Source: Trichodelitschia bisporula
Lineage: Eukaryota
DNA: 64,000 nt
Direction: 5' to 3'
NCBI GenBank assembly: GCA_010356995.1
Contig: ML996707.1
Coordinates: forward strand, 248,001-312,000
Made by a program: the position numbers and the translations under genes. The notes under the pieces are model-generated. The model had not been told where the DNA came from and searched no databases. It saw only the letters and a list, made by a program, of their open reading frames with translations. Below, piece by piece: positions 12,904-24,141 of the stretch (position 1 is the stretch's first letter; each line of letters opens with the position of its first letter).

Positions 12904-15766
12904 CTAGTACGGCACAATTTTGATGCCCTGGCGCACCTTCTCAGGCAGCTCATCCAACTTGACAAGGCCCAGCGCCACAGCATCGCCCCAGAACAGCATA
13001 GCCCGATCCTGCGCATAGCCCAGATAATCGAACTCCGCATCCGCATCCTCCTTCTCACCTTCCTTAGGCGCAGGCTCAGGCGGAGGCGAAACTGGCAAAA
13101 CCGGAGCCGAGCCATCATCCCCCGCAGTAACCGGCCCATGGCGACTATCAAAGTTCGGCATCTCCGGCACCTTCGCCTGCAAGATGCCCCACATGACCCA
13201 TTGAGCGCTGTTAGCCATGCGCCACAGGCGCGTCTCAGCCAGCAAGCGCTGGACCTCCTGATCGATCTCGCGCTCGCGCTGCTCGTCGTCCTCCAGCGCC
13301 TTGGCGGCCTGGGGGAAGCGCATGTCGAGCATGAAGTTCGAGATCAGCGATGTGGACAGGGATGACGTCGAGTGGGAGGGGCGGAGGGCAGGCGTCGTTG
13401 GCGGGAAGTAGGGCGTTTGCGGGGTGGCGGACCCGGGGGTGGACACGGGGAAGACGGGGCGGTGTGCTACGTAGGCTTTGATGAAGCGGATTTGCTCCTC
13501 CGTCGTCGGGTACCGCTTGTGACTGCAGGCGTAGGGCGCTGTGGCATCATGATAGTCGTAGCACCACTCAGACTGTTCAATTAGAATCAAGCTATAGCCG
13601 AGGGTGAGGGGCTTACGAAATGATTGGCAAATTCCAGCCCTTTCGGGTTGGCGTTCGCGTACTCGAAGTCTATGACCACGAGACGCTTGTGCTCATTTTC
13701 GGGTAGCAGCAGGGGCGACTCGCCCGACGGCATAAGGCGGAGGATGTTGCCATATTGTGTCTATTATATGAGCGAAGGGACATGGATAGTGAAGCTGAAC
13801 ATGGAGTGCAAGAAAGTGGTGTGATTTTGAGGGCATGAGGATAGTGTGCAAGGAGAGGGGGGGGGGGGGATATGAACGAAATCACGGAGACTTACGTCGT
13901 TGTGCGCGAACACAAGAGCATCCTTTACCCTTTCGACGCCACCGTACTGCTCCTGAAGCCACTCACGGTACTTACAGAATACTTGTTGGAAGGTGTTCCA
14001 ATCGGTTCCGCAAACAAACCCCACTTCGGTAGTGCTTCGAGATATGTTTTCATCTACCCAGGCGGCAATCCGGGCACATCGGTCCATCCACTTGTCAATG
14101 TTGCGCAGGACAAAGGGTCCGCCAGCGCGCTCTTCCGGCAGCAGCTCAATGCCATCGTGAAGCTCGCGCATACGCTTGGCTATCTGCTTCGAAATAGCAG
14201 GGTCACGGAGGTCGGGCGGTGTCAGTGGTAGGGCGTCCAGAAACTCTTCAAAGCGGCCATTAGTGAACGTTCCTAGCAGACGAGGCCCAATGCGCTTCTT
14301 CGCTAGCCGGACTAGAATATGAAGCTCGCCCTCGCGGTCAATCAGATGGTCGGCATTCGTGCCATAGATGCGAAGCAGTAGCTTACTAGAAACGGTTAGC
14401 ACACACTAGACGTGGCGGACGGGAAACCTACGGCGGGGGTTTCACATGCACCTGAGCCTCGCTATCAGCAGCCGGTCGAGTCAATTCTTTCGGCGGTGAC
14501 ACGACGTAGACGGCATTTGTTAGCGCGCCGCTGAGACGCTGCACGGTGATTTGATCGCTCGACTCCAACGGCACCTTCCGCCAGCCCTTCAAGCGTAACG
14601 TATGGGCCAGACGGACTATTTCGAATTTAAACTCCCCCCAAGCATCATTTTGCGCCATAGAAGACGGACGGGAGATACTGAGACGCGTGATATCGACGTC
14701 GCTTGCGGTTCCACCAGCTGAATACAGGAGCGTCTTGGTGTTATCAAGGATGGCGTGACACGAAGGCACAAGAAACTCGACATCGTGATGCTCGGTGTCT
14801 GAGGACGCAGCAGTCGAGGTTCGCCTGAGCTTGCGCATAGAACTGGACGAAGGGCGGCGTGGAAGGTATGCCTTGAGGCTAGAAACCTTCTCGACCGCAG
14901 ACACCGTGCGATCAATAATCTCTTGAAGTTGGTCCAATGCTAGCGAGCTCTCCGAGGCATCGGACGCACGGCGTTCCCGAGGCTTTGATTCGTCGGACAC
15001 ATGGTGGCCCGTAGCGCGCTTAGCTTTCGCAGCGGCCCGACGCGACTTTTGCTGGTGTAGCCAAAGGTGGACTTGAGTTACCAGTTCCTCCAGGGCCAGA
15101 TCCCGGCTGGAGTGGCGGCGAAAGGAGCCCGTCGTCTCGGCTACTGTTTCGGCGAGTCCTTCAGCACCGGCGCGGATCTTCGGCAAAGGGTCGATTGAAG
15201 GCCGTCCCGATAGGCGTCGGGCAACTTTGGCGCGAAACTGCTTCGATGTGCTCCTGTCCAGGTCAAAGTCGCCTTCCACCTCCTTGGAGGCGCCCCGCAT
15301 CATAGGCGAGATGCTATCTGGCTCGGCAATGGAAACGACTACCATGGTGTCAGCTCATCCTTAGAGGGCCACATCGCGAACACAAGAACTGAGGTCTGTC
15401 GTCCCAACCAAAAATTTAGCGGCCCCGACGAATAAGGATCACGTTCCACATTAGCCACAGCTAGAAACGATCCCCTCCCCCGGGGGGTTGTACACTATTT
15501 CCCACGGCAAATAGACACATTTGATATCCTTCACGAAGGACGCAGTGCCCGCGGATCTGTGCTCGCAGTCCAGCCAATGGCATGCATCCGCTTGATGCGG
15601 ATAGTGATCATCGGCATGGAGAAGGGGAGGGTGAAGGCGGGACAGGGTACACACCTTTGGCGGGACCTGTCCCAGGTGAACGAAAGAGACCACTAGAAGG
15701 CATGGGTTTCGGCGATAATGGGGCGCTCCCGTCTTGGCCTGCTGCTGCTTTCCCCGACAAAGACAT
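12904..15766 (-). CDS. Choline/ethanolamine kinase (multi-exon; first intron 15339-15654)
   Basis: RLSGALTNAVY, LLLRIYG, IGPRLLGTFTNGRFEEF, VFAHND|TQYGNIL, VIDFEYA, ANHF|EWCYDY; exon 1 (AAA G|gtgtgt) joins tag|TC GTT in phase. Confidence 0.93.
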
Positions 15767-16798
15767 TGCGTGCGAGATTGAGAAGTGGATTCCAAGAAGA
15801 ATGATGTTCGTCTGACTGACAACGAGAGGAGGACTGATCGGTGTCGTTAAAAGGCTGGAGTGTGGCAAACTGCGCAGGGCAGTCGTGAAAAAGAAGCGTG
15901 GCAGTGTCAACCAAGTAGTGTCCAACTGGCTGGACGGTGCAAGAGCGTTGTGGGGTATGGATAGCTGCGTGACACTTTGACGGCTTTTCCACTTGGTTGG
16001 GGAGGCCTTGGCGGAAGTTGGTTGTGATGATTCGCTCCTGGAGTGCGGGCTTGCGCTCCGCCGGGCCCTGTTTTCTCCTTGACTCTTGCCTTCGGGATGG
16101 TGGTGAAGGTGTGGTCGAACTTGGTGACACACGACAAAGAAACAGCTCGAGTACAATCGCAAATTTTGCCTCTTATCGCCAGCACGAACCTTGGTACACG
16201 TGACGTTTATCAGGACCAATTCATGCCCCTCTTTTGTGCCTCATACTTCTGCTCTTACTATCAGTTAGGCCGAAATCTTGCAAGGAACTGAAACACCTGG
16301 CCGCAATCAGCATTGACGAAGCCATGTCCTTGTGCAACAAGCCGTCGCCGCAGGGGCACGCGCGCTGCCTCGACGACATCTCGTCCTGCGAAGTTTGCGC
16401 TGGCAAAAAAAAAGATCAGACACTTTCGTCTTGTCCCCAGCGAGAATCGAACTCGCGGCCTTCGGATCGCTCAACACTGGGTGCTGATCATACAGAGTAT
16501 GAGACCGACGTGATAACCGACTACACCATGGAGACATGGCTTCCGATGGCGAAAAAGTGCAAATTTGTGATTTGGTTGCAATTCTGATGTGAGAGAAATT
16601 CGCTGCTTGCTGTCAGCCCGCCACAAAGGACAACATCTAGACTTATCCCTTTATGCTGCTTCATTGTTTTTTTAAGTCTAGAGAAATCGGCCCGCCCTAC
16701 GGTAATTGTCTCCTGTGGTTCGCGGGAGTGGCCGTGCGCCATTCAGGCCTTCCCCACGCCATCGCCAGCCAGCGAGTAGCATCGCGAGACTTCAGCCG

Positions 16799-16842
16799 AC
16801 AGCCATTGAGGCGTCATCCCACAGCCATTGAGGCGTCCTCCC
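16799..16842. repeat. 21-nt tandem duplication (ACAGCCATTGAGGCGTC[A/C]TCCC)
   Basis: Two adjacent near-identical copies in the divergent kinase/amine oxidase intergenic region. Confidence 0.85.
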
Positions 16843-17476
16843 CACTTCAGCCTTGAATGTCTCTTTTGACTTCACGCTAACTACTGTACTGTGCTCTCAG
16901 CAGCGCACTGCCAGGTGGCTTGAGAATAGCCACATCGACCTTCGGATACCCGCAGGATCAGCATGTCGCCTCTGTACGACGACCACGTTTAGCGTCAAAT
17001 CTCGTCCGCGTTGTGCCCTTCAACGTCCCCCTCTCATGTCACGTTGCTCCATCGACCGTTCGAGGCTCCGGACGGCAGACAATGATTGCCTCCGCCGTCA
17101 CCGTCTCTTCAGAGCGCGCTCGCTAGCGGCAAATCAGACATGTCGTGCATGGACCGCAATTATTGAGCAGGATGCCCCTCTCTCATAAGGCGATACTTTA
17201 GTGCATCGTGGATCCAGACCTATCCCTATTGTGGCTTCAGTAGGGCCAGCCTCGCTTCGCTTCCTCCGTAGTCTAAACTAAACTCGGCGGCATGCGGTTA
17301 CAGTCGATGTTTCTCATGTCTCTCATGGCGAACGACCCTCCCCTGGCCATGGGCATGAATATCCGTGACATTATGAGTTCCTTGATTCTTGCCACCGCTT
17401 GTTTAATTGTGTATATCTTCAACCGAGTCGACCCCGCGCTGGTTGTTGTGGCTCATGAGCTCTTGACGTGGTCGAT

Positions 17477-19303
17477 ATGAAGATTATGCACTCTTTCCGT
17501 CGGGCTATATGCCTCTTCCCCTTCATTGGCACCTCAGATGCAAGCCCAATCCAGAAGCACGAGGATGCCTGTCAGCGGACCAAAGTCGTCATACTGTCAG
17601 TCAGTGTCCCAAGACTGCAGAGATTGCGGCTAACGAGTCGAAGAGGAGCCGGAATAGCAGGCATTACTGCTGCTGTGAGTTCGCCAGCCGCCACGTCGAC
17701 TATAACTAGATGCTGACTTTCTCAGCAAGCATTACATAACCAATCAATATCCGACTTCATCATTCTCGAGTACCAGGGTGATATAGGAGGCCGAATACAC
17801 AAGGCAGAGTTCGGGAGGGGACCGGACGGCAAGCCATATACCGTCGAATACGGTGCCAATTGGGCTCAGGGACTAGGACGGCCGGGAGGTCCAGGTAAGG
17901 ATTCATGTGTTACAATTTGGACCCTGCTGATGTACCCCAGAGAATCCCGTTTGGACTTTTGTAAGCCTTGTCTATTCTTCATACTCTAACAAGTCTAACA
18001 CCGCCCAGGAGAAGAAATGGAACGTCGCAAATACGCCATCAAACACGTCGAATGTAGAGTTCTTCAATGAGCTGGGAAGAGCAGATTTTGGAGACGAAAT
18101 TCAAGACTTCGAGGAAGCTGTCCGGCGTCTCAAAGTTGACGCAGGCGAGATTCTGGCAGAGAATCTCCAGGACCGGACAGTGCGCGAAGGTCTGAGCCTC
18201 GTGGGATGGAAACCGCAACAGCGCGCTAATCCAGCGGCGGCTGAGGCTGCTGAGTGGTGGCTATGGGGTGAGTTGTCTTTCTTGCTCCACTACATTTCTA
18301 ATCAGCGACAGACGGGGAGCAAGCCACAACACCGGAGGAGAGCTCTCTCGTGTTTGGAGCGGCAGTTTCCAACTTCACATTCGGCCAGTTCAGCGAGGAG
18401 AGCAACTTCGTTATCGACCAGCGCGGCCACAATACCTGGCTCAAGGGCGAAGCCTCCACGTTCTTGAAGCCTCAGGACCCTCGCTTGAAGCTCAACCGAA
18501 TAGTTACAGACGTGTATCACTCCAACGAAGGCGTGATTGTGGAGACAGATTCCGGAGGTTGCGTCCAGGCCGACTATGCAATCTGCACCTTTTCCCTAGG
18601 CGTCTTGCAGCACGACAACGTGGCATTCGAGCCCGCGCTGCCCAAGTGGAAGAAAACCGCCATCGAGATGTTCCACATGAGCACCTACACCAAAATCTTC
18701 ATGCAATTCGACCGCAACTTCTGGGGTGACAAGCAATTCTTCCTCTACGCCGACCCCGTGCAGCGTGGCTGGTACCCGATTTTCCAATCTCTCGACGCAG
18801 AGGGGTTCTTCCCAGGCTCGCACATCCTCTTCGTAACCGTCACGCAGCGCGAGGCATACCGCGTGGAGAGGCAATCCGAAGAAGCTACCAAGGCGCAGGT
18901 CATGGAGGTCCTCCGCAACATGTTCCCCAAGGAAACGGTCCCGGACCCAATTGCCTTTGCGTACCCGCGCTGGTCGACCACGCCGTGGGCGTATGGTTCG
19001 TACTCTAACTGGCCGCCGGCGACGTCGCTTGACATGCATCAAAACCTGCGTGCGAACGTCGATCGCCTGTGGTTTGCAGGCGAGCACACGAGCGCATCAC
19101 ACTTTGGGTACATGCAAGGCGCGTGGTTTGAGGGCCAGGATGTTGGCAACCGGATTGGGCGACTGATACAAGGGAATTGTGCTGAAGAGAGAGCGGGAGA
19201 CTGTGGAGAGATGGTGCATTATGACGTTTTGCGCGGAACGACGCCTTCGAGTTCATATGGCGTTCAGAATGGGTGGCCTGGGTCGAGCATGGTGGACGGG
19301 TGA
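17477..19303 (+). CDS. Flavin-containing amine/polyamine oxidase, probably secreted (multi-exon)
   Basis: Signal-like N-terminus; KVVIL|GAGIAGITAA dinucleotide-binding motif; LEYQGDIGGR; EYGANWAQG; CTFSLGVLQ; WAYGSYSNW; FAGEHTS...GYMQGAW. Confidence 0.92.
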
Positions 19304-19665
19304 AGCGGTTTAGAACGGGTTTCTGGCGTCCTGGTTACGGCTTAGCTACGGCTAGCTGGGGTTTGGCATGGCGACTTTAGATGTACTTCTAGATTACGAT
19401 CTGAATGCGATCTCTGTAAATGTTCAACATCCCGCACCGCCGCCCCAATTCCAGCCTTGCGCCTCATGACGCCATCCGCCACACGCGGGAGCTAAACCCA
19501 AAAGGGCACTCACCCCACCACCACTCGGCCCGCCCAGCCCCTCCCCCGTCTTTCATCACGACTCAAAATATCCAGCTCCCCGCCATGCCCCTCTCCAACC
19601 CCAAACCCACACCCATCTTCTCCCCCAACTTGCGCGTGCCTTCAGCGCGACAAACCCACGCAACC

Positions 19666-21393
19666 ATGAACCCCCACCTCGCCTCCGAACTCGCCCGTTT
19701 CGACCCCGACCCCGCCATTCCCCTGCACGCCCTCCCCCACCACACGCACCACACATGGGCGCGCACCTTCCACTCACGTCCTGAGCTCTACATCCAACCA
19801 CACTCCCTCGCTGAGATCCAAAAAACCGTAACCCTGGCCCGGCGCTGCCGGCGCCGCATCGTGGTCGTCGGAAGCGGCCACTGTCCCAGCGACATAACCT
19901 GCACGTCCGCATGGATGGTCAATCTCGACAAGTACGCCAGCGTGCTGCGCGTAAACGCCGCCTCCGGGGCCATGCTCGTGCAAGCCGGGATCCGGATACA
20001 CGATTTGAATCTCGCGGCCAAGGAGCACGGGCTCACGGTGCCGAGTCTCGGGTCTATTGACGAGCAGTCTATCGCCGGGGCGATCGCGACGGGCACGCAC
20101 GGGAGTAGTATGCGTCATGGCTTGCTGTCGCAGAATGTACTCTCCCTGCGCATCGTCCTGGCCAACGGCGCGGCGGTGCGCTGCTCGCCTTCTCAGAATG
20201 CGGATTTGTTTCGCGCGGCGCTGGTGAGTTTGGGGGCGTTGGGGGTTGTGGTGGAGGTGGAGTATCGCATGGTGCCGCATGCGAATATACACTGGGCGCA
20301 GCGGCTGGTTGCGCTGGATGAGGTGCTGAGTACCTGGAATGCGGACCTCTGGACGCGGCACGAGTACACGCGCGTGTGGTGGCTGCCCTACACGAAGCGC
20401 GCCGTCGTATGGACCGCAGACAAAACCGCTTCCCCGCCACAGACACTGCGCATCGAGAGCTGGTACGCCGGCGCGGTCGGGTATCGCACATACCATGCAC
20501 TTCTCTGGCTGAGCCACTACATCCCCCGTCTCCTCCCCGCAGTCGAATGGTTCGTCTTCGGCATGCAATACGGCTTCAAGCTCGGTGGCTCAGGGGGTGA
20601 TATCGAAGAGCAGCGCACGGGGCTGCTGATGAATTGCCTGTACAGTCAGTTTGTCAACGAGTGGGCGCTGCCGCTGGAGCGCGGGCCCGAGGCCATATCT
20701 CGGCTTTCCGCGTGGCTCAACCATGACGACGCGGCGAGCGGGATTCCGTTTCCGAGTAAGGGCATTTGGGTGCATGCCCCTATTGAAGTGCGCGTCTCGG
20801 GCGCGCCCCCGCCGCCGGACCAGCGCCCGTTCCTCGATCCCTCGCAGCCTGTCGGGGGGACGCTGTATCTCAACGCCACGCTGTATCGGCCGTACGGTCT
20901 CGATCCCCCTTGCACACAGCGGTACTACGCGGCCTTCGAGTATCTGATGAAAGAGCTCGGCGGACGCCCGCACTGGGCTAAGAACTTCGCAACGGTCAGC
21001 CGCGCGGACATCGAAAGCATGTACGGTGCGGATCTGGAAAAATGGCGCGGTGTGCGCGCGGAGGTTGATCCCGAGGGCGTGTTTGTCGGCCCGTGGGTGC
21101 GGCGGACTGTTATCGAAGAGGATGCGGGGAGGGGCGCGCCGCTCGCGTGCGAGGAGGTTGAGGTCGGGCGGGTGGGGAGGAAGGAGGGCGGGGCGCAGTG
21201 GGTGGGCCGGCAGGGGGGGTTTGAGCGACGGGGGAGCGCGGGGAGTAGTGTGGAGAGTTTTGAGCATATGGCGGGGGCGGAGGCAGAGGCTAGTGGGATG
21301 CTGGAGAGTAGGTGGGAGGAGGATGTTGAGAAGAGGGTGAGGGAGGGGGCGAGGGAGGGGGTGACGGGGGTGAGGGTGTTTGATAAGATGTAG
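19666..21393 (+). CDS. ALO1: D-arabinono-1,4-lactone oxidase (intronless; start may be 19585)
   Basis: TWARTF, VVGSGHCPSD FAD-His motif, LGSIDEQSIAGAIATGTHGS, QFVNEWALP, VHAPIEVR, GGRPHWAK. Confidence 0.94.
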   Translation: MNPHLASELARFDPDPAIPLHALPHHTHHTWARTFHSRPELYIQPHSLAEIQKTVTLARRCRRRIVVVGSGHCPSDITCTSAWMVNLDKYASVLRVNAASGAMLVQAGIRIHDLNLAAKEHGLTVPSLGSIDEQSIAGAIATGTHGSSMRHGLLSQNVLSLRIVLANGAAVRCSPSQNADLFRAALVSLGALGVVVEVEYRMVPHANIHWAQRLVALDEVLSTWNADLWTRHEYTRVWWLPYTKRAVVWTADKTASPPQTLRIESWYAGAVGYRTYHALLWLSHYIPRLLPAVEWFVFGMQYGFKLGGSGGDIEEQRTGLLMNCLYSQFVNEWALPLERGPEAISRLSAWLNHDDAASGIPFPSKGIWVHAPIEVRVSGAPPPPDQRPFLDPSQPVGGTLYLNATLYRPYGLDPPCTQRYYAAFEYLMKELGGRPHWAKNFATVSRADIESMYGADLEKWRGVRAEVDPEGVFVGPWVRRTVIEEDAGRGAPLACEEVEVGRVGRKEGGAQWVGRQGGFERRGSAGSSVESFEHMAGAEAEASGMLESRWEEDVEKRVREGAREGVTGVRVFDKM

Positions 21394-22082
21394 CTGGTGT
21401 TTGAGGGGAAGGGGGAGTTAGATATCATGGAAGCAGGAAGAGAAAAGGCATAGCATACACATCTAGCCATGAGGCATGGGCGAGTTATACATCGCATGAA
21501 ACCCGTACTGCATCTAGCAGCACGACGCCCGCACGCCGACCTTTATCCCACGACAGGAGGAGAATGGAAGTTAGGGTTTGACAGCAGGACAAGGGCGGTT
21601 AGGGCATAGGATACGCATCTGGACCTAGCCTTCCCGAGATGGTACGGTACGGTATGGCATCGTATCTCGCATCCCATTCCCGCCGCGCTAAACCCGCCCG
21701 CCGACCTTAATCCGACTCCCACCAGCCTTGTCCAAGCCACTCGATCCACGCCCCATCTTCCGGTAACAGCGCCTGCTCGCCCGATCTCAGGAGATCAGTC
21801 CGCTCTCCCCCCCGGACGCGCTGATTGGCCCACCCCCCCCCAGCGCCACAAGGCTGGTGGCATCACCTCACCTCCGCACGGGGCGCTCCGGAGATCTGGG
21901 GAGAAAGGGCGTCGAGAATGGTCAGATGAGGGGACAGAAGCGCGGCGAAGGCCGCTGACCGCGAAATACGGAGAAGACTACTATGCGAAAAGGGTATAAG
22001 CGCGGGGGGGGGGGAGGGAGTGACGTCGCTGCATCACGAAATATTTTTGATCTACCATACTAGTTCTATCACAACGATAAAT

Positions 22083-22824
22083 ATGTCTGCACCGCGATTA
22101 TCCCCCGGGGCCGCCATACCGCAGGCCATTCTCCTCCCAACCCGGAACGAGTCTTGGGCGCTTACGTCTACACAGCCCACGCAGGGCGAGTCGACAGCCA
22201 CGCGCCCCATCGGCGCAGACACGATACTCCCCACCAGCGGCAGCGGCACCGGGGGAATGGGCAAGGTGCCGTCCTTCGTGCCCGTGCTCGTCGGACTGAG
22301 CGTGTTCCTCGCCGTTGGGCTTCTCCTGTACGTCCCCGACCTACCCCTTAGCACCTACCGTCGCTCCTTGCTCTCCAATCTTCGTCGCTAACGCTTCCCA
22401 GCGCCGGCCTCCTCGAACACCGCTCACGCCGCCTGCGCACCAACCCAGGCCAGCGCAAGCGACTCTTAAAAACACTGAATCACTCTGCCGCGCCCGAGGC
22501 GTTCAGGACGTGGGCGGCGGAGCACGCGGGGCGGCATCCGGGGCTGGATATGGAGGCGCCGGTGTGGTGAGTGGACCCCAGTGCGACGGGTGGTGGTGGG
22601 CACAAGGCTGGACGCTCGCTGACGCTGCGGGAAGTGCGGTTTGCCTCCAGGTGTTGGAGCCGAAGGAGGTGGTGAGGGGACTGCCGTGCTTGCATGTTTA
22701 TCATAAGGGGTGTTTGGAGGGGTGGGTGGGGGGGATGCATCCCACGTGTCCGGTTTGTAGGAAGAGTTTTGTTAAGGGGGGGGTGGGGGCGGAGGCGGAT
22801 GCGGTGGTTGCGGGGCAGGTGTGA
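22083..22824 (+). CDS. Single-TM RING-H2 E3 ubiquitin ligase; exons 22083-22327, 22402-22566, 22635-22824
   Basis: TM FVPVLVGLSVFLAVGLLLAGLL; spliced RING-H2 CAVC...LPCLHVYHKGC...CPVCR; both introns are in phase. Confidence 0.82.
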
Positions 22825-23504
22825 GGAGGGAAGGAGAGTGTGGCGTATGGGTGATGCGGGGTGTGAGGCTGGGGAGGAAGGTGCTGGCGTGGCGAATGCG
22901 GAGTTGCTGAGGAGGGAGAGGGCGATGACGACCTACCGTAGATGCATGGCGATAGCATGGCATTGGAGGGGGGCAAGGGAGATACCACGATGGGCTGGGG
23001 ATGATCTGGAAGCATGGTAGTACGGTAGCATAGCATTGGAGGAGGAAACGGCGACACTGTTCCTCAACAAGGCCGCGGTGCAGGCCGAGCCCTCCGCCGC
23101 GTCCGTGGCGATGTCACACAGCACTCAGAATGTGCTCCCGTAGCTCGCGGATAGTGATACCATACGGTAAACCAGGTTGCCTGCCAGGTACAGGCATCAA
23201 AGGAAGAACGAGATGTCGAGTAACTGGTACCGGTCGAGAAGCGCAGTTCTCGGAGTCAGGACATATCACCCCACCCGGCGATTACTCGGCCCGTAGGCGG
23301 CACTCCGATTGGTGGGTAGGAGGGGTAGATCTTCAACCCTAAGGTTGAAGCACCATGAGATGGAGATGGCCGACGGTCTTCTCGGCGTGCCGAGTTTGGG
23401 AACACTCGAAAGGCTTCCTGCTCGTTAGCGTAGGGCCGAGTTCTGCAGCAGATTACGGACTGGGGATGATGTATATAACGGGCGATGAACCGCCCTTGGG
23501 AACA

Positions 23505-23602
23505 CAGCATCAGCATTCAAAAGCATCACAACATCAAAGCATCACTGCATCAAAACACTACAGCATCAAAACATCCCCACTCAAACCACCACAGCATCAA
23601 AC
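23505..23602. repeat. Degenerate (AGCATCA-like) tandem array in a 5' leader
   Basis: Repeated CAGCATCA/AAGCATCA/AACATCA units between TATATAA at about 23472 and ATG 23634. Confidence 0.7.
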
Positions 23603-23633
23603 CAACCTCCAAACCCCACCAACCAACCACACA

Positions 23634-24141
23634 ATGACCGGAACAACATCCACCGTCCCCCCCGCCCCCACCACCACAACCGCCGACCTCGAGCACCCCC
23701 ATCTCGTAGGCCAATCCCACCTCCCCAAAGCCGAGCGCGACCGTCTCGGCGGCTGGAACGGGCTTCTATGGATGGACTACATGAACGCGGACAGCGGAGC
23801 CGCAGCCGCGCTCTTCGAAGCCGAGCGCGACGAAATCGAAGAGTTTGAGATTGAGCAAGAAGAGGCGGAGGCCAAGGCCCGGGCTGCGGCCGCGGCCCAG
23901 CAGGGTGAGTTCCCGTCCCGTAACCCCCCGGCCCTTCGTACCCGTAAGGTTACCTGATTGCTGACTGCGTTTTACGGATGCAGGTACTAAGGTTGTGACT
24001 GCGCAATGCGCGCACTGCGCTGCGCTGGCGACGGGGACGGAGAGGAGAGTGTGTGAGGGCGGGGAGTGCGCGGCGAGGGCGCACGGGTTGTTGCAGGAGG
24101 CGGCGGGGGTGGAGGAGGAGCAGCTGCTGGCTGCGAAGTGA
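23634..24141 (+). CDS. Small orphan protein with an acidic helix and a C-terminal Cys4 motif; exons 23634-23904, 23984-24141
   Basis: Upstream TATA; CAG G|gtgagt...ctgac...cag|GT ACT splice keeps the frame to TGA at 24139-24141; C-terminus CAHC-x11-C-x4-C. Confidence 0.6.

Noticed and set aside
23505..23602. CRISPR-like array
   Set aside because: Short degenerate tandem units with no unique spacers, in a eukaryotic genome with no cas genes.
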